Program-made: the position numbers and the translations under genes
Assembly (NCBI RefSeq): GCF_009914755.1
Contig: NC_060932.1
DNA from: the human T2T-CHM13v2.0 reference genome, Homo sapiens
Strand: one strand, 5' to 3'
Length of the DNA: 64,000 bases
Notes under the pieces: model-generated
What the model saw: only the letters and a program-made list of their open reading frames with translations
Databases searched by the model: none
Told to the model about the DNA's origin: nothing
Shown: positions 39,523-53,650 of the stretch, one piece after another
How the letters are laid out: the number at the start of each line of letters is the position of its first letter
Numbering within the stretch: position 1 is the first letter of the stretch

Positions 39523-42500
39523 GGATGATAGGATTCTATACCAGGTGATACCAAAGATAAATAGGAAAGAAGAGGTTAAAACACAACACAAGTGGAGCCC
39601 AGAAGTGTCTGTCATAAAGCACAGTAATACGGTCAGTGCTGTGTTACATAACACTTGTGCATACCAAAATAGTTTCATTGATTTGTATGGTTTCACTGTA
39701 GGAAGCAAGAAAACAGTTGTGTATTGTTGAGTAGACAGAGCTCTGACCAGACACACAACACGTTCATGAGACGATCATTCAGCCAGAATGTTAGCTCATC
39801 AAATTATCAGTTCCTTGACATCTATCATAGTGTTGCTTCAAAGGCAGGTCTTGATCTGTCACATATTGGATTGGCAGCCTAGCACTCCCAGGATAAGCAA
39901 GAGTTTAGAGTTAGTGGTACAGGTAGGATGTGGCATTTATCAGTGGCAGGTACTATGCAAAATAAATTTCTCTTTCCAGTATCACATGGTTCTAATAATT
40001 CAGAATGCTTGGTGTATCATAGATATTCAATAAATTTGCAGAAAGTTATAAATAAGATGCTGTTATACAACTTCCATGAAAAAGTCAGCCCAACTCTGCT
40101 GAAACTCCACAGAACATCTGTGACAAGAAACACACACAACTTTATAAGGAATCAATTTCACTGCTAGTCGATTGTAGTTGTTAAATGTTCTTTCTTAGAT
40201 TATGTTGAGCTGCTGAAGTCTGTCTTTCTGTACTTCCTATCATTTTCTGCCGTCTGAATTGAGAGCAGGTTTTTGTTGTTGTTGTTCCTTCTTGATGCTC
40301 TTATGCTACCCCTTGGATATTTATTTTCCTCAGGCAAAAAAACTTTTTTTTTCCATTGCTTCAATCATTCATCATATGATTTGTTTTTAGCTACTTAGAA
40401 AAGAGTGTATTAGAAATATCTTGGGAAGATGCATGAAAGTCTCTTGCTTTGTGTCAGAATTAATAGTAAGTCACACCATTTGTTTTCCATATGATATAGA
40501 GCATTAGCATCTTGATTCATGAGCGTACTTATTACTGATGATAAATTTTAGTACCCTGTTCTGTTAGCTATTATTTTTGCCTTTTCTCATTTATCATTTT
40601 TTAATCTGCTTTGGCAATAATCATATCTGTCACTAGAACTTGAAGAAACAATTAAATAAAATTGTTTTCTAAGAAAATATACCATCCTCCTTATTGTAAA
40701 GCCATTTGAAGTTTTAAAAAGACTTATTATACCCTTGCATAATTCCTTCTGCTCCCAATTTACTATTGCTTAGGTTGTTAATCTAAAATTCTGTGGATAT
40801 ACTGGCTCTTTTAATCAGTCTTTATTTCCATGGACATTTTTAAAAGTGTACCCTGTATATGCACACTTGGCATATATGTTGCCACATGTCAGCAAAGAGA
40901 TAAAGTTGTTATTTTAAGTCTGGGCAACTCTTAAAGCATTTTTTATGTGTAAGACATCAAGTTCTCACATGGTGAAAAGGGGGGCAAAGGAATAATTTAG
41001 GTTTGCTAGGCAATAGTAGAGGGGATTGTACATTTATAAACTACCTCAAAGGTTAAAAAGCATTTTAATTTATTTTATCTTATGTAGTCCTTACAAAAAT
41101 GTGGGGGTTTTTAAAGAATAGAAGTTTGCAGAGCCCTTTGCACTATGAAGAAGCTTTCTAAAAATTTATCTCTATTTTTTTAATTGTAAAGGGATGTGAA
41201 AAAATGAAAGGATAAAATCATTCCAGTGCCCTGTGTAGAATGAGGAAGGCTCTGTTCAACATGCACATAGCAAACCTAGTTTTGCCAATAACCATTTTTT
41301 TTAAATTAGCCACTCTTCATGATTTCTGCTTTTCAATTTGTTCTTTTCTTTCCATTTTAAAACAACAAATTTCCTATAAGCATTTGATAGGTGTTCCCAG
41401 CAATCCTTTTAGTAAGTATTTCAGAAGCAGGGTAAGAAGGAGTAATTGTTGACAGATTTAGGTTACTTGAGCATGGTCTGTTTGTAAGTTGGGAACTTAA
41501 AATGAATCAAGTCATAGGTAAACTTACTATTACAGAAGTTAGATTTTTTGAGTATTTATCCTCAAATACTTTAACTATAAACCTATCAATTTTTAAATAA
41601 CTATGTTTTTTTAAAATACATGTATTTAGCTGTAAAACAGTAAAGAACTTGAATTTGCCCCTAGGTCAGCACTTGTACTCTAATTACTGACATTAGGTGA
41701 ATACCAACCAGCTAAATCACAGTGGCTCCAGAACATTTTAAGGAGCTGTGTCTGCACAATATATGGCCTCATGTGCAAAGTAGAAGATTGCTTATACAAA
41801 CAGAAGTGTGCACGTGTAAATTCTTTTTTGTGTTGAAGCTGCTTATTTTGTACAGATAATCACCAGGCCGCATTCCCACTAAATGTATTTTGCTGCCTCA
41901 AATTGTGGGCTTAATTATGAAAATTGATCCTTTGAAGAGATGAAACTCTTTGAAGTTTTCTTTCCTGATTGTAAAATTTTATGGGTTTTGTCTATAAATT
42001 GAGTCGTGCAGAATGACTGGCCTGATGGATTCTGTCGCTTGAGGTCTAGTTACCTTCAACAGTGTCCCATTGCCCATTTTCTATTAGAATGCCATGTCTG
42101 TGCAAGGACCCCTGGGCCATGAATTGATGATGACATTAATTCTTCTATAAGTTGGATCTCTGCTTCTGAACATTTTCCCCATTTGGATGTTCTGTCATTG
42201 TTAACAGTGAGAGCAGAGAAGGAAGTAGAAAACATGTTTCTGTTTATCAGTTTAAGATATGTTAAGAGGCAGCTGTAATTATACTATGGAGATAAAAGCA
42301 GTATTATCCAGCATTAACAAATGATTGCATTTGTCACTTACGTGAAATGCTTTGGGCACTGGAAAGAAGTGACACTATAAAGTCCAAGGCTTCTATTGTC
42401 TTTATATGTCATTTCTGAGGGAGAAATGGCTGACAAGACTAATATTAGGTCCCTAAATGTTTCCACAGTGTGGCATTAAACTTTATTTGACATGTAAATG

Positions 42501-42934
42501 CAGAGACCATCTATAGAGACAGGCATAATTTGTGGTTTCCTTTTAGAATCTTAATTCAGTGTCTATTTGGAAGGCTTTATGTGTATTTTTATTTATTTCC
42601 TTCTCTGCTGTGCCTATGTTGTCCTATAGGATTCAAACATAATCCTGAAAGTGATAATACTAACCTTATTGGAAAAGTTTAAAAAAATGTGTTGGCATGA
42701 CCAGCATGTAATGTAGGAATTAATTCTTGCTTGTGGTTTGAACCCTAAATCAAGGCTGTTGCTATTAGTGACTCTGTAACTTTGCCTCAAACTTTTCCAG
42801 GAAGAGAGCTTTCCTTATTGCCACAAAGCAAGCCATTCTATCTGCTGTGGTCTAGCCTAGAAGCCCACATCTGTGCTATGATGTGAAGGTGGGTCATGCT
42901 GTGGTTTTAAATATTGTCTTTAATATATTTTGCC

Positions 42935-43300
42935 TGTGAATCAATGCAACCATCCTGGAGGGAAATGCGGCAGTACCCACTAAAAAACTTAAAAATGCTT
43001 ACCATTCATGACTCAGCAATTCGACTCTAGAATTTTTTAGGAAAAAGTTTCAATGATGTATATTAAGATTCATGCATACAGTTTTCCTTCAAAGTATTAT
43101 ATATAATGATAAATTTGAAAAAATACTATGTTGCACAATGCAAGGTTCCTCATATAGTCTAGACTAGAATGGGATAGAGTCATTAAATAATGTGTGATAA
43201 AGTTGTATGGCTATCAGGGAATGTTTATAATCTTTTAAAAACAGAAAAAGTACTTTTAGGAACTATATTCAGTTTAAACTACTTTTTTGTGAAAATAGAG
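42935..43300 (+). mobile_element. L1ME-like ancient fragment
   Basis: gcaaccatcctggagggaaat..ggcagta...aaaaatgc.tacc..tgactcagcaattc.actctag. Confidence 0.6.
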
Positions 43301-43789
43301 GTAAGTATATAACAGCATTAGCCTATTGTATAGTTTGCTTGTGTGTGTGTTATGTGTTTTATTGAGAGGTCTCTTCAATTTAAAAATATCCCTTATTACT
43401 ACAAAAGCAGTTCAGCTTTTGCAGTCTTCTCTTCTCCTGTGTTCTCTCTTCCTATGTAAAATAAAAATGGCTGCCATTTGATTCTGAAATCCTTGTTTCC
43501 AAACGTATTACTTTCCAAACTTTACCAAGCTACAGCACTGCAGCTGCCACCACCCTCTCCCCACAGCAGAGCTTGAAAAAACAAACAGTGTCTTTGCACT
43601 ACAGCAAATTTAACACTTCAACCAGTGAAGGGATATACTTTTATGAAGCTGTTTCTTCACTAGAAGTTGAAGAATAATTGAATAAATATTAAAGAGGTAG
43701 AAAAAAGATCAACATGGGGTGGAGATTGGGGTGAGGCAAGTTAGACTTCCCAGGTTTTTGATTTGGACAACTGGTAAGTTGTGCATCAC

Positions 43790-44060
43790 ATCCCCATCTG
43801 CTGGTTAGCATTTAGGGTCTAGGAATATAGAAATGGAAAAGACATTGCTCTCCAGTTACCAGGCGCTCTCAGTGTAGGTGGTGAGATGGACACAGAAACA
43901 AATAATTATAATTCAGTGTGGTTAGTATCATAATTGACATATATACTCAGTACTGCCAGCTTGGAAGAAGGAATAATTACTCTGTGGACCTTGAAGCTCT
44001 ATTTAGACTTCAGCGAAAGAGTGGTGCTTGATTTAGCTCTTGAAGATTGAGTAGGTATGG
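43790..44060 (-). mobile_element. L2 fragment
   Basis: tagggtctaggaatatagaaatg.aaaagac...gagatggac..aaacaaataattataat...agctcttgaagattgagtagg. Confidence 0.6.
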
Positions 44061-44144
44061 AAATTACAAGTCTTGCAAATTGCAAGTAATTACAAATTAT
44101 GAGTGGTGACATATGGCAATGCAGTCCAATCATTTAGGGTTTTC

Positions 44145-44442
44145 CTTTTTTTTTTTTTTTTGAGATGGAGTCTCGCTCTGTCGCCCAGGCTGGAGTGCAG
44201 TGGCGCTATCTTGGCTCACTGCAAGCTCCACCTCCTGGGTTCATGCCATTCTCCTGCCCCCGCCTCCTGAGTAGCTGAGACTACAGGCACCCTCACCACG
44301 CCTGGCTAATTTTTTGTATTTTTTAGTAGAGACGGGGTTTCACTGTGTTGGCCAGGATGGTCTGAATCTCCTGACCTAGTGATCCACCTGCCTTGGCCTC
44401 CCAAAGTGCTGGGATTACAGGTGTGAGCCACTGCGCCGAGCC
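44145..44442 (-). mobile_element. AluY
   Basis: gcaagctcc..gggttcatgccattctcc; 15-bp TSD tcatttaRggttttc at 44130-44144 and 44443-44457. Confidence 0.95.
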
Positions 44443-44738
44443 TCATTTAAGGTTTTCTTAGGCCAATACAAAAATCGATTTTGGTTCAGTCAAATGAGCC
44501 ATTAGAAAATGTTGTTTTGAATTTCACATGTATAGCCTTCTCCCAACATGTCATCTAAGAAACACCAAAAATTGCATGGCTATGAGAAATGACACAATTC
44601 TTCAGCACCAAAACAGAAAGATCCACACAGTCAGCAGATTCTGTTTGCAAAGCATACATTCCAGAACAAGGACTGATAAATGTTGGAAAAATGAACTTTC
44701 AATAATTCTACCAATTCATCACAATCTCAGTTTAGATT

Positions 44739-44947
44739 ACTGTTTCTCAACCTTATTTCATTATCATTCTCTTGCCAACGAGCATTTTTTCCTAATCACT
44801 TCTCCTACTCCCCATGAAATTTTAATATAATAGATATATCTGTTTATATGTAACTGCAAACCATCGTAATAGCTAAGATTATTTTCACCTCTCAAGAACC
44901 AATTTTGGCCCTGTTGGGGTTGATATCACCTCCACCAAGCATATGTG
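44739..44947 (+). mobile_element. MER112-like hAT-Charlie MITE
   Basis: tgtttctcaacctt.tttcattatc...tttcctaatc...cccatgaaattttaata...caagaaccaatttt...gatatcacc. Confidence 0.75.
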
Positions 44948-46624
44948 ATTGAGATGAAGCAGGTCAGTTGTAGATGTTAATACAAATGTTTTATCTCCTA
45001 GATTGCTTGAAGCCCAGCACAGTTTTATCCAGAGGCATACATTTTGTTTTATATGTGTTATAAATTTTTATATGTGTTTATATGTGTTAAATATGTAAAT
45101 CGCAGGACATACATTGACTGTTATTAAACCCTTTAAGGTAACTTTAAACAGTTACCCAAAGCAGAAGTTTTGTTTAGATTCTGGAAGCTATATTCAATTT
45201 CTAAAGTGTAGTTCTCCAACGAATATCCTGACTGCCTCTCATTTCTGAGATTTTTCAATGGAATCTCATCTATTTTTTTTTCAGCACCTTAAAAAAAATA
45301 GACAGGAAACAAAAATTCTTCAGACAGTCCTTTTTTGGGTCATGTATTTCCTCTGGCTAACCTCAACCAAACCAAAATCAGAGCAACAAGTAATTAGAGC
45401 AATTTCAAAGAACACACACACACATGCATATACATATAAACTAAAAAAGAACCATAATTTTATTTGGTAAATACAAGCTAGGGCCAAAACTTTTATGGAA
45501 AATGTAATGCTTCAGAAAACAGCATACCTGCAACTTCACATTATGGGAGGGTCCCTATGATAAAGAGTAGAGATTGGCTGGAGGAGAAAGCTTCCACAGG
45601 AAGATGACAGTGACAACTTTCAGATTTGGGAAAGTAAAAGACACCTGGAAAAAATGGATTGGGGACTTCAAGCAAATAAAAAAAATCTTCCTTTCTTTGC
45701 ACATACTTAAGATTTGAGGAACAAAGGGCTTCAGGTCCTATGCTAGCATAACTAGCATGCACTTGACGGGGCATCAGCCAAATGCAGGTGGAGCCAATGA
45801 ACACCAGAAAAGGACTATGCTGGGTAAGAATGCATGAACATTGGAAAAGCCAGAGGAAGTGGGGGAAAGACGTCTCCAGATTCTGCTGTGGTAGTCTGAC
45901 TCATGCGCATCAGGGTTGTGCAGTGTCAGGCAAATTTTTTGCCAGTTCCATACATCAACCATTGAAATGATGCACCACCGAAACCACCAATTAAAAAAAA
46001 AAACTATCAATAAAATATTGTACAATTTTTTCCCAGGAGTAACAGAAATTGGGAGGAAGGGTTGAGGAGGAATGAATCTCTATCATCTTGTTGTCCATGG
46101 GAATGCTGACAGGAAAACAAATCAGGGAGGAATGGCCTGACAAGGAGCCCCTAAACCCAAGGTGTCCCAGGGTTACTGTCTCCCTTTGCCTTTCCCCTTC
46201 ATGAGCAGATTTCTCTCCCACCTTCCGCTGGGTCTCCCTGTCATCCCTCCAGGCACCTGCCCTCTTGGCTCCTACGTGAGAGGAGAGTTACCATCTCAGA
46301 CACACCAAAGTTAGTGATTTATAAATTTATTGTAGGTCTAGAGTTTAAAGCTCTAAAAGTGTTACACAAAAAAGATAATAGATGTACAAAAATAAACTGT
46401 TCTGTGGCTGTTGGAAAATCCAGATTAGACAAATTTAACAGGTTTACCAACAGGCTAACAAGCACTGTGACTCTTCAAGTGACAGATAGTATAGGTAGTT
46501 TCTTAACACATACTGGAAAATAATTAAATACATTTTTACATATAAGATTCTATTTCACTTTTGCACTAAGAGAAACTGGTATTTGTCAAGGTAAATTTTC
46601 TTTTAATATTGGGAACAAAAATAA

Positions 46625-46913
<289 letters not shown>

Positions 46914-47299
46914 AGAAATAACTTTTGATGAGCAAAGTAACTCCTTATAGTTACTTGGGATTTCAACTAATATTCAATATATTAAATTAGAAAAAAATTT
47001 AAAACATAGCTTTTAGTCTTTCAATTTAACATACAGTTCTTGATATATATTCTATCAATATATCTGCTATTTACAATATAAAAACAAAATCACTTTTATA
47101 TGTATCAAAACAGCAATCCATGAGCTCAGGTTGAATAGACTAAAACATCTTAAATAATCAATGGCATTTACAATTTTGTTAAATTTCTCTAAATATTTTA
47201 TCTGCACTTATGAATTTAATAATTTGATTTTCTTAAATGATCCAAATGTATAACAGGGTAGACTTGTAACCTTAAGTTGCAAAACTTTTCTAAACCCTT

Positions 47300-47503
47300 A
47301 CAACTAACATTTGTTTAGTGCTTACACTATGCCAGATAGTTTTGTAAGCTTTTTACATATCTTAATATTAATTTATGTAATTCACACAAGATTCTCATTA
47401 AGTGGCTAACTATTCTTATTTCTCTTTTACAGATGAGAAAACTAAGACATTGAGGTGTTGAGTAACTTGCTGAAAGTCACATAAGCTAATAAGTATCAGA
47501 ACT
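47300..47503 (-). mobile_element. MIR SINE
   Basis: agtgcttacactatgccag...ttttacagatgagaaaactaag...gtaacttgctgaaagtcaca. Confidence 0.85.
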
Positions 47504-47740
47504 CTTACTAACTTAGTATATCTAACTCATCAGTATAGTAAATCAAGTTCTCTTAGACATTCTAGCACTCTTGACTAACTTAAATTCTCTAATAACTTTC
47601 ACTTAAAAGTTACAAAACCATTATGTCAGATTATCTTAAATATTACAAACAAAATAAATAGCAAACAGATTATTCTGAATTTAACGTGATATTTTCATAC
47701 TAAAGATTTAATTTGTTTTTTTCTTGATCTAGTCATAATT

Positions 47741-49254
<1,514 letters not shown>

Positions 49255-49874
49255 TGATTTTTATTTCTAAGTCTTCCTAGAGTTTAATTGCCCAGCTACA
49301 TGGAGGAGAGTTACTATCTGAGACATATTTAGGTTGTCAATCCATAAACTCAGGGCCATAATATAGCTACTTCTCAGTTAGGAATCAGAGTCTAGAACAT
49401 GGTGCCTGAGAGTAAAAAGTTTCCATATGATCCTCCTAGAACCATAGTTGGAAGTTTGGAGCAATTATTTTAGTACTGCCCATGGGGCATCATCAAACCC
49501 ATTGTATTCAATTGAAATTTCAATCTATTTCTGACCTTATACCCTACTTCTCCTGGTGTGTATATGTGTGTGTTTTCAATGAAAGCTTGATTAGATTCAT
49601 GCATTTTCTTTACTAATTGAATTCTGTGTTCTTTAATTTTTTTTCTTCAGCAACAACTCTCTAGTAGTGAATAGGGCTGAGATGCAAGCTGGGTCTTCTT
49701 TGTCCCAATTTAGAACAGGTTTATTGCTTAATAATTGATGCCTAGTTTGCCCATGATAGTTATTCAGGTTGAACTTCTCATCTGCTAGCCAAGAACTCTG
49801 TATCTCATGTTGAAAGTATATTCTCTCGATTTCTTTCCTTTGTTTGTGCCTTTGAAAATACTCATGGTTACTGT

Positions 49875-49965
49875 TAGGTCATTTATCCATTTATCAGTCA
49901 GTCACAAATATTTACTAGGTGCCACTCATATGCCACGCTCTGCTCTTGGCACTTGGGAAGAACAA
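49875..49965 (-). mobile_element. L2 3' end fragment
   Basis: tcatttatccattt..cacaaatatttactaggtgcc..tatgcca..ctctgctct.ggcacttggga. Confidence 0.65.
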
Positions 49966-49968
49966 CAT

Positions 49969-50345
49969 TGATATGGTTTGACTGTGTCCCCACACAAATC
50001 TCATCTTGAATTGTAGTTCCCATAATTCCCATGTTTTCCTGGGAGGGACTCAGTGAGGTGTAATGTAATTGTGGGGGAAGTTACCCTCATGCTGTTCTTC
50101 TGATAGTGAGTGAATTCTAATAAGAGCTGATGGTTTTATAAGGGGCTTCCCCCTTAGCTCAGCTCTCATTCTTCTCTTGCTGCTGCCATGTGAAGAGAAC
50201 ATTTTTGCTTCCCCTTCCACCACGATTGTAAGTTTCTTAAGGCCTTCCCAGCCATGCTGAACTGTGAGTCAGTTAAACCTCTTTCCTTTATAAATTACCC
50301 TGCCTCGGGTATGTCTCTATTAGCAGCATGAGAACAGACTAAACA
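49969..50345 (+). mobile_element. THE1D solo LTR
   Basis: tgatatggtttg.ctgtgtcccca..caaatctcatcttgaattgtag...gagaacagactaaaca; TSD aacat/aaaat. Confidence 0.93.
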
Positions 50346-50428
50346 AAAATATTAATTTATACTGAGAGAAGGGTTTAATTTTTGTTTAAGCAGACCATTA
50401 ACTTCTGCAGTTGTCTGTTTGCTTGCTT

Positions 50429-50540
50429 CTTTTTTGTAGAAACAGGGTCTCTCTATGTTGTCCAGGCTGATCTCAAACTCCTCACCTCAAGTGATCCTCC
50501 CATCTGAGCCTCCCAAAGAGCTGGGATTACAGGCATAAGT
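50429..50540 (-). mobile_element. Alu left monomer (FLAM/AluJ-like)
   Basis: gtagaaacagggtctc.ctatgttg.ccaggctg..ctcaagtgatcctccc..gcctcccaaag.gctgggattacaggc. Confidence 0.85.
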
Positions 50541-50549
50541 TGCTTTCTT

Positions 50550-51440
50550 CTTCCAAGTAATAGGAACCCACCTTAGAAACAGTAACAGAAACCTACTTAA
50601 ATCTAAAGCAAATGAATTGATTTGTGTTTTAGTCAATTCTCACACTGCTCTAAAGTAATACCCGAGACTGGGTAATTTGTAGAGAAAAGAAGCTTAATTG
50701 GCTCACAGTTCTGCAGGCTATACAGGAAGCATGATGCTGACCATCTGCTTGGCATGTGAGGAGGCCTCAGGAAACTTACAATCATGGCAGAAAGCAAAGG
50801 GGAAGCAGGCACATCTTACATGACTGGAGCAGAAGGAAGAAAAAGAGGTGGGAGGTGTCACATACTTTTAATCAACCAGATCTCATGAGTACTCACTCAC
50901 TATCATGAGAGCAGCACCAAGGGGAAAATCCACTTCCATGATCCAATCACCTCATTAGAAATTACAATTCAACATGAGATTTGGGTGGGGACACAGATCC
51001 AAACCATATCAATTTGTATGACTGAAAATCTGTGGGTAGGGAGCCTTCAAATGTGGCTGGACCAGAGGTCAAGGGATGTTATAGAGCCTACTGCTTTGCT
51101 CTCACTCTCTGTGTCCACACTCTTTCTGTCCCATGTCTCCATGTGCTACATTTTGAGTTTTGGCGTGATTGTTTTCTGTAACTGACTGCTTCTTCCATGT
51201 GGCAAATGATAACTGCGTATCTTTTCATTTGCATTTTCTTTTAACCTTGTGATTTCAGAGGAAATAACAGCATCTCTTCCAAAAGCTCTGTGATAAGAAA
51301 TCTGGGAAAGAAGATGAACTGGCCCAATTTGAGCCATATGCACAACCCTGAATAAATCATGGTGACCAGGGATATGGATAGGCTTGTGCCAAATGTCCCA
51401 GGTTGGAACCAGCACCATTTATGCTACTTGCAATGATGAG
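50550..51440 (-). mobile_element. MLT1 (J/K-like) LTR interrupted by MSTA
   Basis: gtaacagaaacctactt...atgactgaaaa..gggtag..cttca..ggctggaccaga...tgcacaaccctgaa.aaatcatggtgaccagggatatgg. Confidence 0.65.
50625..51011 (-). mobile_element. MSTA solo LTR
   Basis: ttctgcaggctatacaggaagcatgatgctg...gggtggggacacagatccaaaccatatca; perfect 5-bp TSD atttg. Confidence 0.92.
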
Positions 51441-51519
51441 TAGTTTTTAAAGTGAGGTAGTGGGCAAACTTGTTGGGCCACATGTGTTTTTTCTGTCTTT
51501 CTCTTTTCATTCCCTTTTC

Positions 51520-52035
51520 CCTTCTTCCTTCAATAGCATCTAGGGTGTGCTAGTTATTGCAAAAAGGGTCAGGAATAAAACAGATATAACCTTGCTTCTG
51601 TGAAGTTTAGTATTTATTCTAGGAAGGAAGATAAACTTGAAATGACTAGTTAATTATTCAATTTCTTAATTATTTCAGTTGTGATAAATGATATAAGTAC
51701 AGGCTGCTAAAACAGTATGGACTGAGAAAGTAGCCTGGCCTAGAGGGTCAGGGAAAGCCTTCCCAAAGGAAATATGGTTGAGAAATGTATTGTGATCTAA
51801 ATTAAAAAGAGCAATTACTGAGAAAAAGAAGGGAATGAAGAGCACATCAGGGAGAGGGAAGGGTATCTGTGAAGACTGAGGTGGGCAGAAACATGGCATA
51901 TTAGATGAACCGAGAGGCTAGTGTGGCAGGGCTATACTGAGGATGATGGAAAGAAACACGAGGGGAGGCTGAGGCTGGGAGGAGACAAGTGCCAGATCAT
52001 GCAAGGTCTTGAAAATCATGACAAATGGCTTTATA
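51520..52035 (-). mobile_element. L2 LINE fragment
   Basis: agggtcagggaaagccttccca.agga...gagggaaggg..tgtgaagactgagg...gccagatcatgcaaggtcttg. Confidence 0.75.
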
Positions 52036-52122
52036 GAGGACAACGCCCATACCTTTATTGAAGTTGTGTAATCTAAAGGAATGAAATTAATGGCAGGAAT
52101 TTCTAGCCATTAGAAATGCAGG

Positions 52123-52611
52123 ATGGTTGCATAGTATTCCATGGTGCATATATACCACATCTTCTTTATCCAGTCAATCAGTGATGGACACTTAGGTTGG
52201 TTTCATCACTTTGCTGTTGTGAATAGTGCTGCAATAAACATACAAGTTCAGTTGTCTTTTATATAATGAAAAGAATGAAATCATGTCCTTTGTTCTTTGC
52301 AGTAACATAAATGGAGCTGGAGGACATTATCCTAAGTGACTAATGCAGAAACAGAAAATCAAATGCTGCATGTTCTCACTTATAAGTTAGAGCTAAACAA
52401 AGAGTACACATGGACATAAAAATGTAAATAATAGATAATGGGAATTCTAAAAGGAGGAAGATGAAGAGGTGAAAAATTGCCATTTGGGTATAATGTTCAA
52501 TATTTGGGTGATGGATACACTAGAAGTTCAATCCCCACCATTACACAATACACCCATGTAACAAACCTGCATAGAGTATTTCTTGAATATAAAACAAAGT
52601 AAAAAATAAAA
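52123..52611 (+). mobile_element. L1PB/L1PA16-17-like 3' end with 5' inversion (inverted 52123-52269, forward 52269-52611)
   Basis: atggttgcatagtattcc... (reverse of ggaatactatgcaaccat) followed by forward aaaagaatgaaatcatgtcc...gggtgatggatacactagaag..A tail. Confidence 0.85.
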
Positions 52612-52884
52612 GTGTGGAATGGAAAGATAACAATGTGTCGTGATATTTGAGCTCACCTGGTCTTACAAAGTTTCACATATCATTCCATGTAACAGGTGGC
52701 TTACCTCGCCTAAAGGTGTGGTTAGACCAGAGATGGAGTCACTGCTTAGTGATTCTGCCATCAGTCTCTCTCAGCCTAGAGTATATTCACTTTGGTTTGT
52801 GAGGATGAGTGACTCTAGTGAATACATTTTTAAAACTCTCCTGAAACATAAAGTCTGTCTTGGTTTTGAATTTTGAAAAATATT

Positions 52885-53650
52885 TAAATGCCTGGAACTG
52901 TCTTCATACATCCTTCATCTTCAATCCCTTGCCAAGCTAACTTCTATTTATCTTTGGATCAACCATTGCTTCCTTTGGAATTCTTCTCTGATTTCCAGTC
53001 ATGGAATCAAACTAAGTATCCATCAACCATGGATTGGATAAAGAAAATGTGGTATGTATGCACCATGAAATATTATGAAGCCATTCTGCATTTCTAATGG
53101 CCAGAAATCCCTCCATGCTGATGGAGCTATGTCAGCTCAACTTCAAGATTCCCCCTCTACAACAGTACAACAGTTATGAGTCCAAATGCCGTGAATTTTT
53201 TTTTTATTAATCACTGAGATCTCATCTCCTACTGGCCATAGAGCCATTCTAACCAGCTTCTGTTGGAAGCTTGGACATGTTTATTCAAGAACAAAGCGAA
53301 GGTTAAAGGATAACATAAAATTGTAAGGAGTTAGGGTTAGGCACAGGAACAAAACAAGAAAAACATTTCCAGCCACTAAGACATATATGTGTGTGTGTGT
53401 GTGTGTGTGCGTGCGTATGAGTATGGTGTGTTCAAGGTCCCCCAGCTACATGCTCTTTATTATAGCACTCTGGCATAGCGTGTGTAGTTATTAATTATCA
53501 TCACATTTGTGTGATGATATATGTGGCTGTAAAAACAACTCATCCCACTATATTGTGAGTTCCATGTGTGGGATGGCTACATCCCCCAGTACACAGCCCA
53601 GTGCTGAGCACATAGCAGGTAATCAGTAATTATATATGAATAAATGAATC
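52885..53650 (+). mobile_element. L2 3' region split by the 53000-53416 insertion
   Basis: tgcctggaac..gctaacttcta.ttatcttt..ttctctgatttccagt | ..ggtcccccagctacatgctc..agcacatagcagg..tgaataaatgaat. Confidence 0.65.
53000..53416 (-). repeat. Composite inverted duplication: 53000-53116 is the reverse complement of 52090-52207, and 53117-53416 is the reverse complement of 54151-54438
   Basis: Manual alignment gives about 83% and about 87% identity respectively. Confidence 0.93.
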
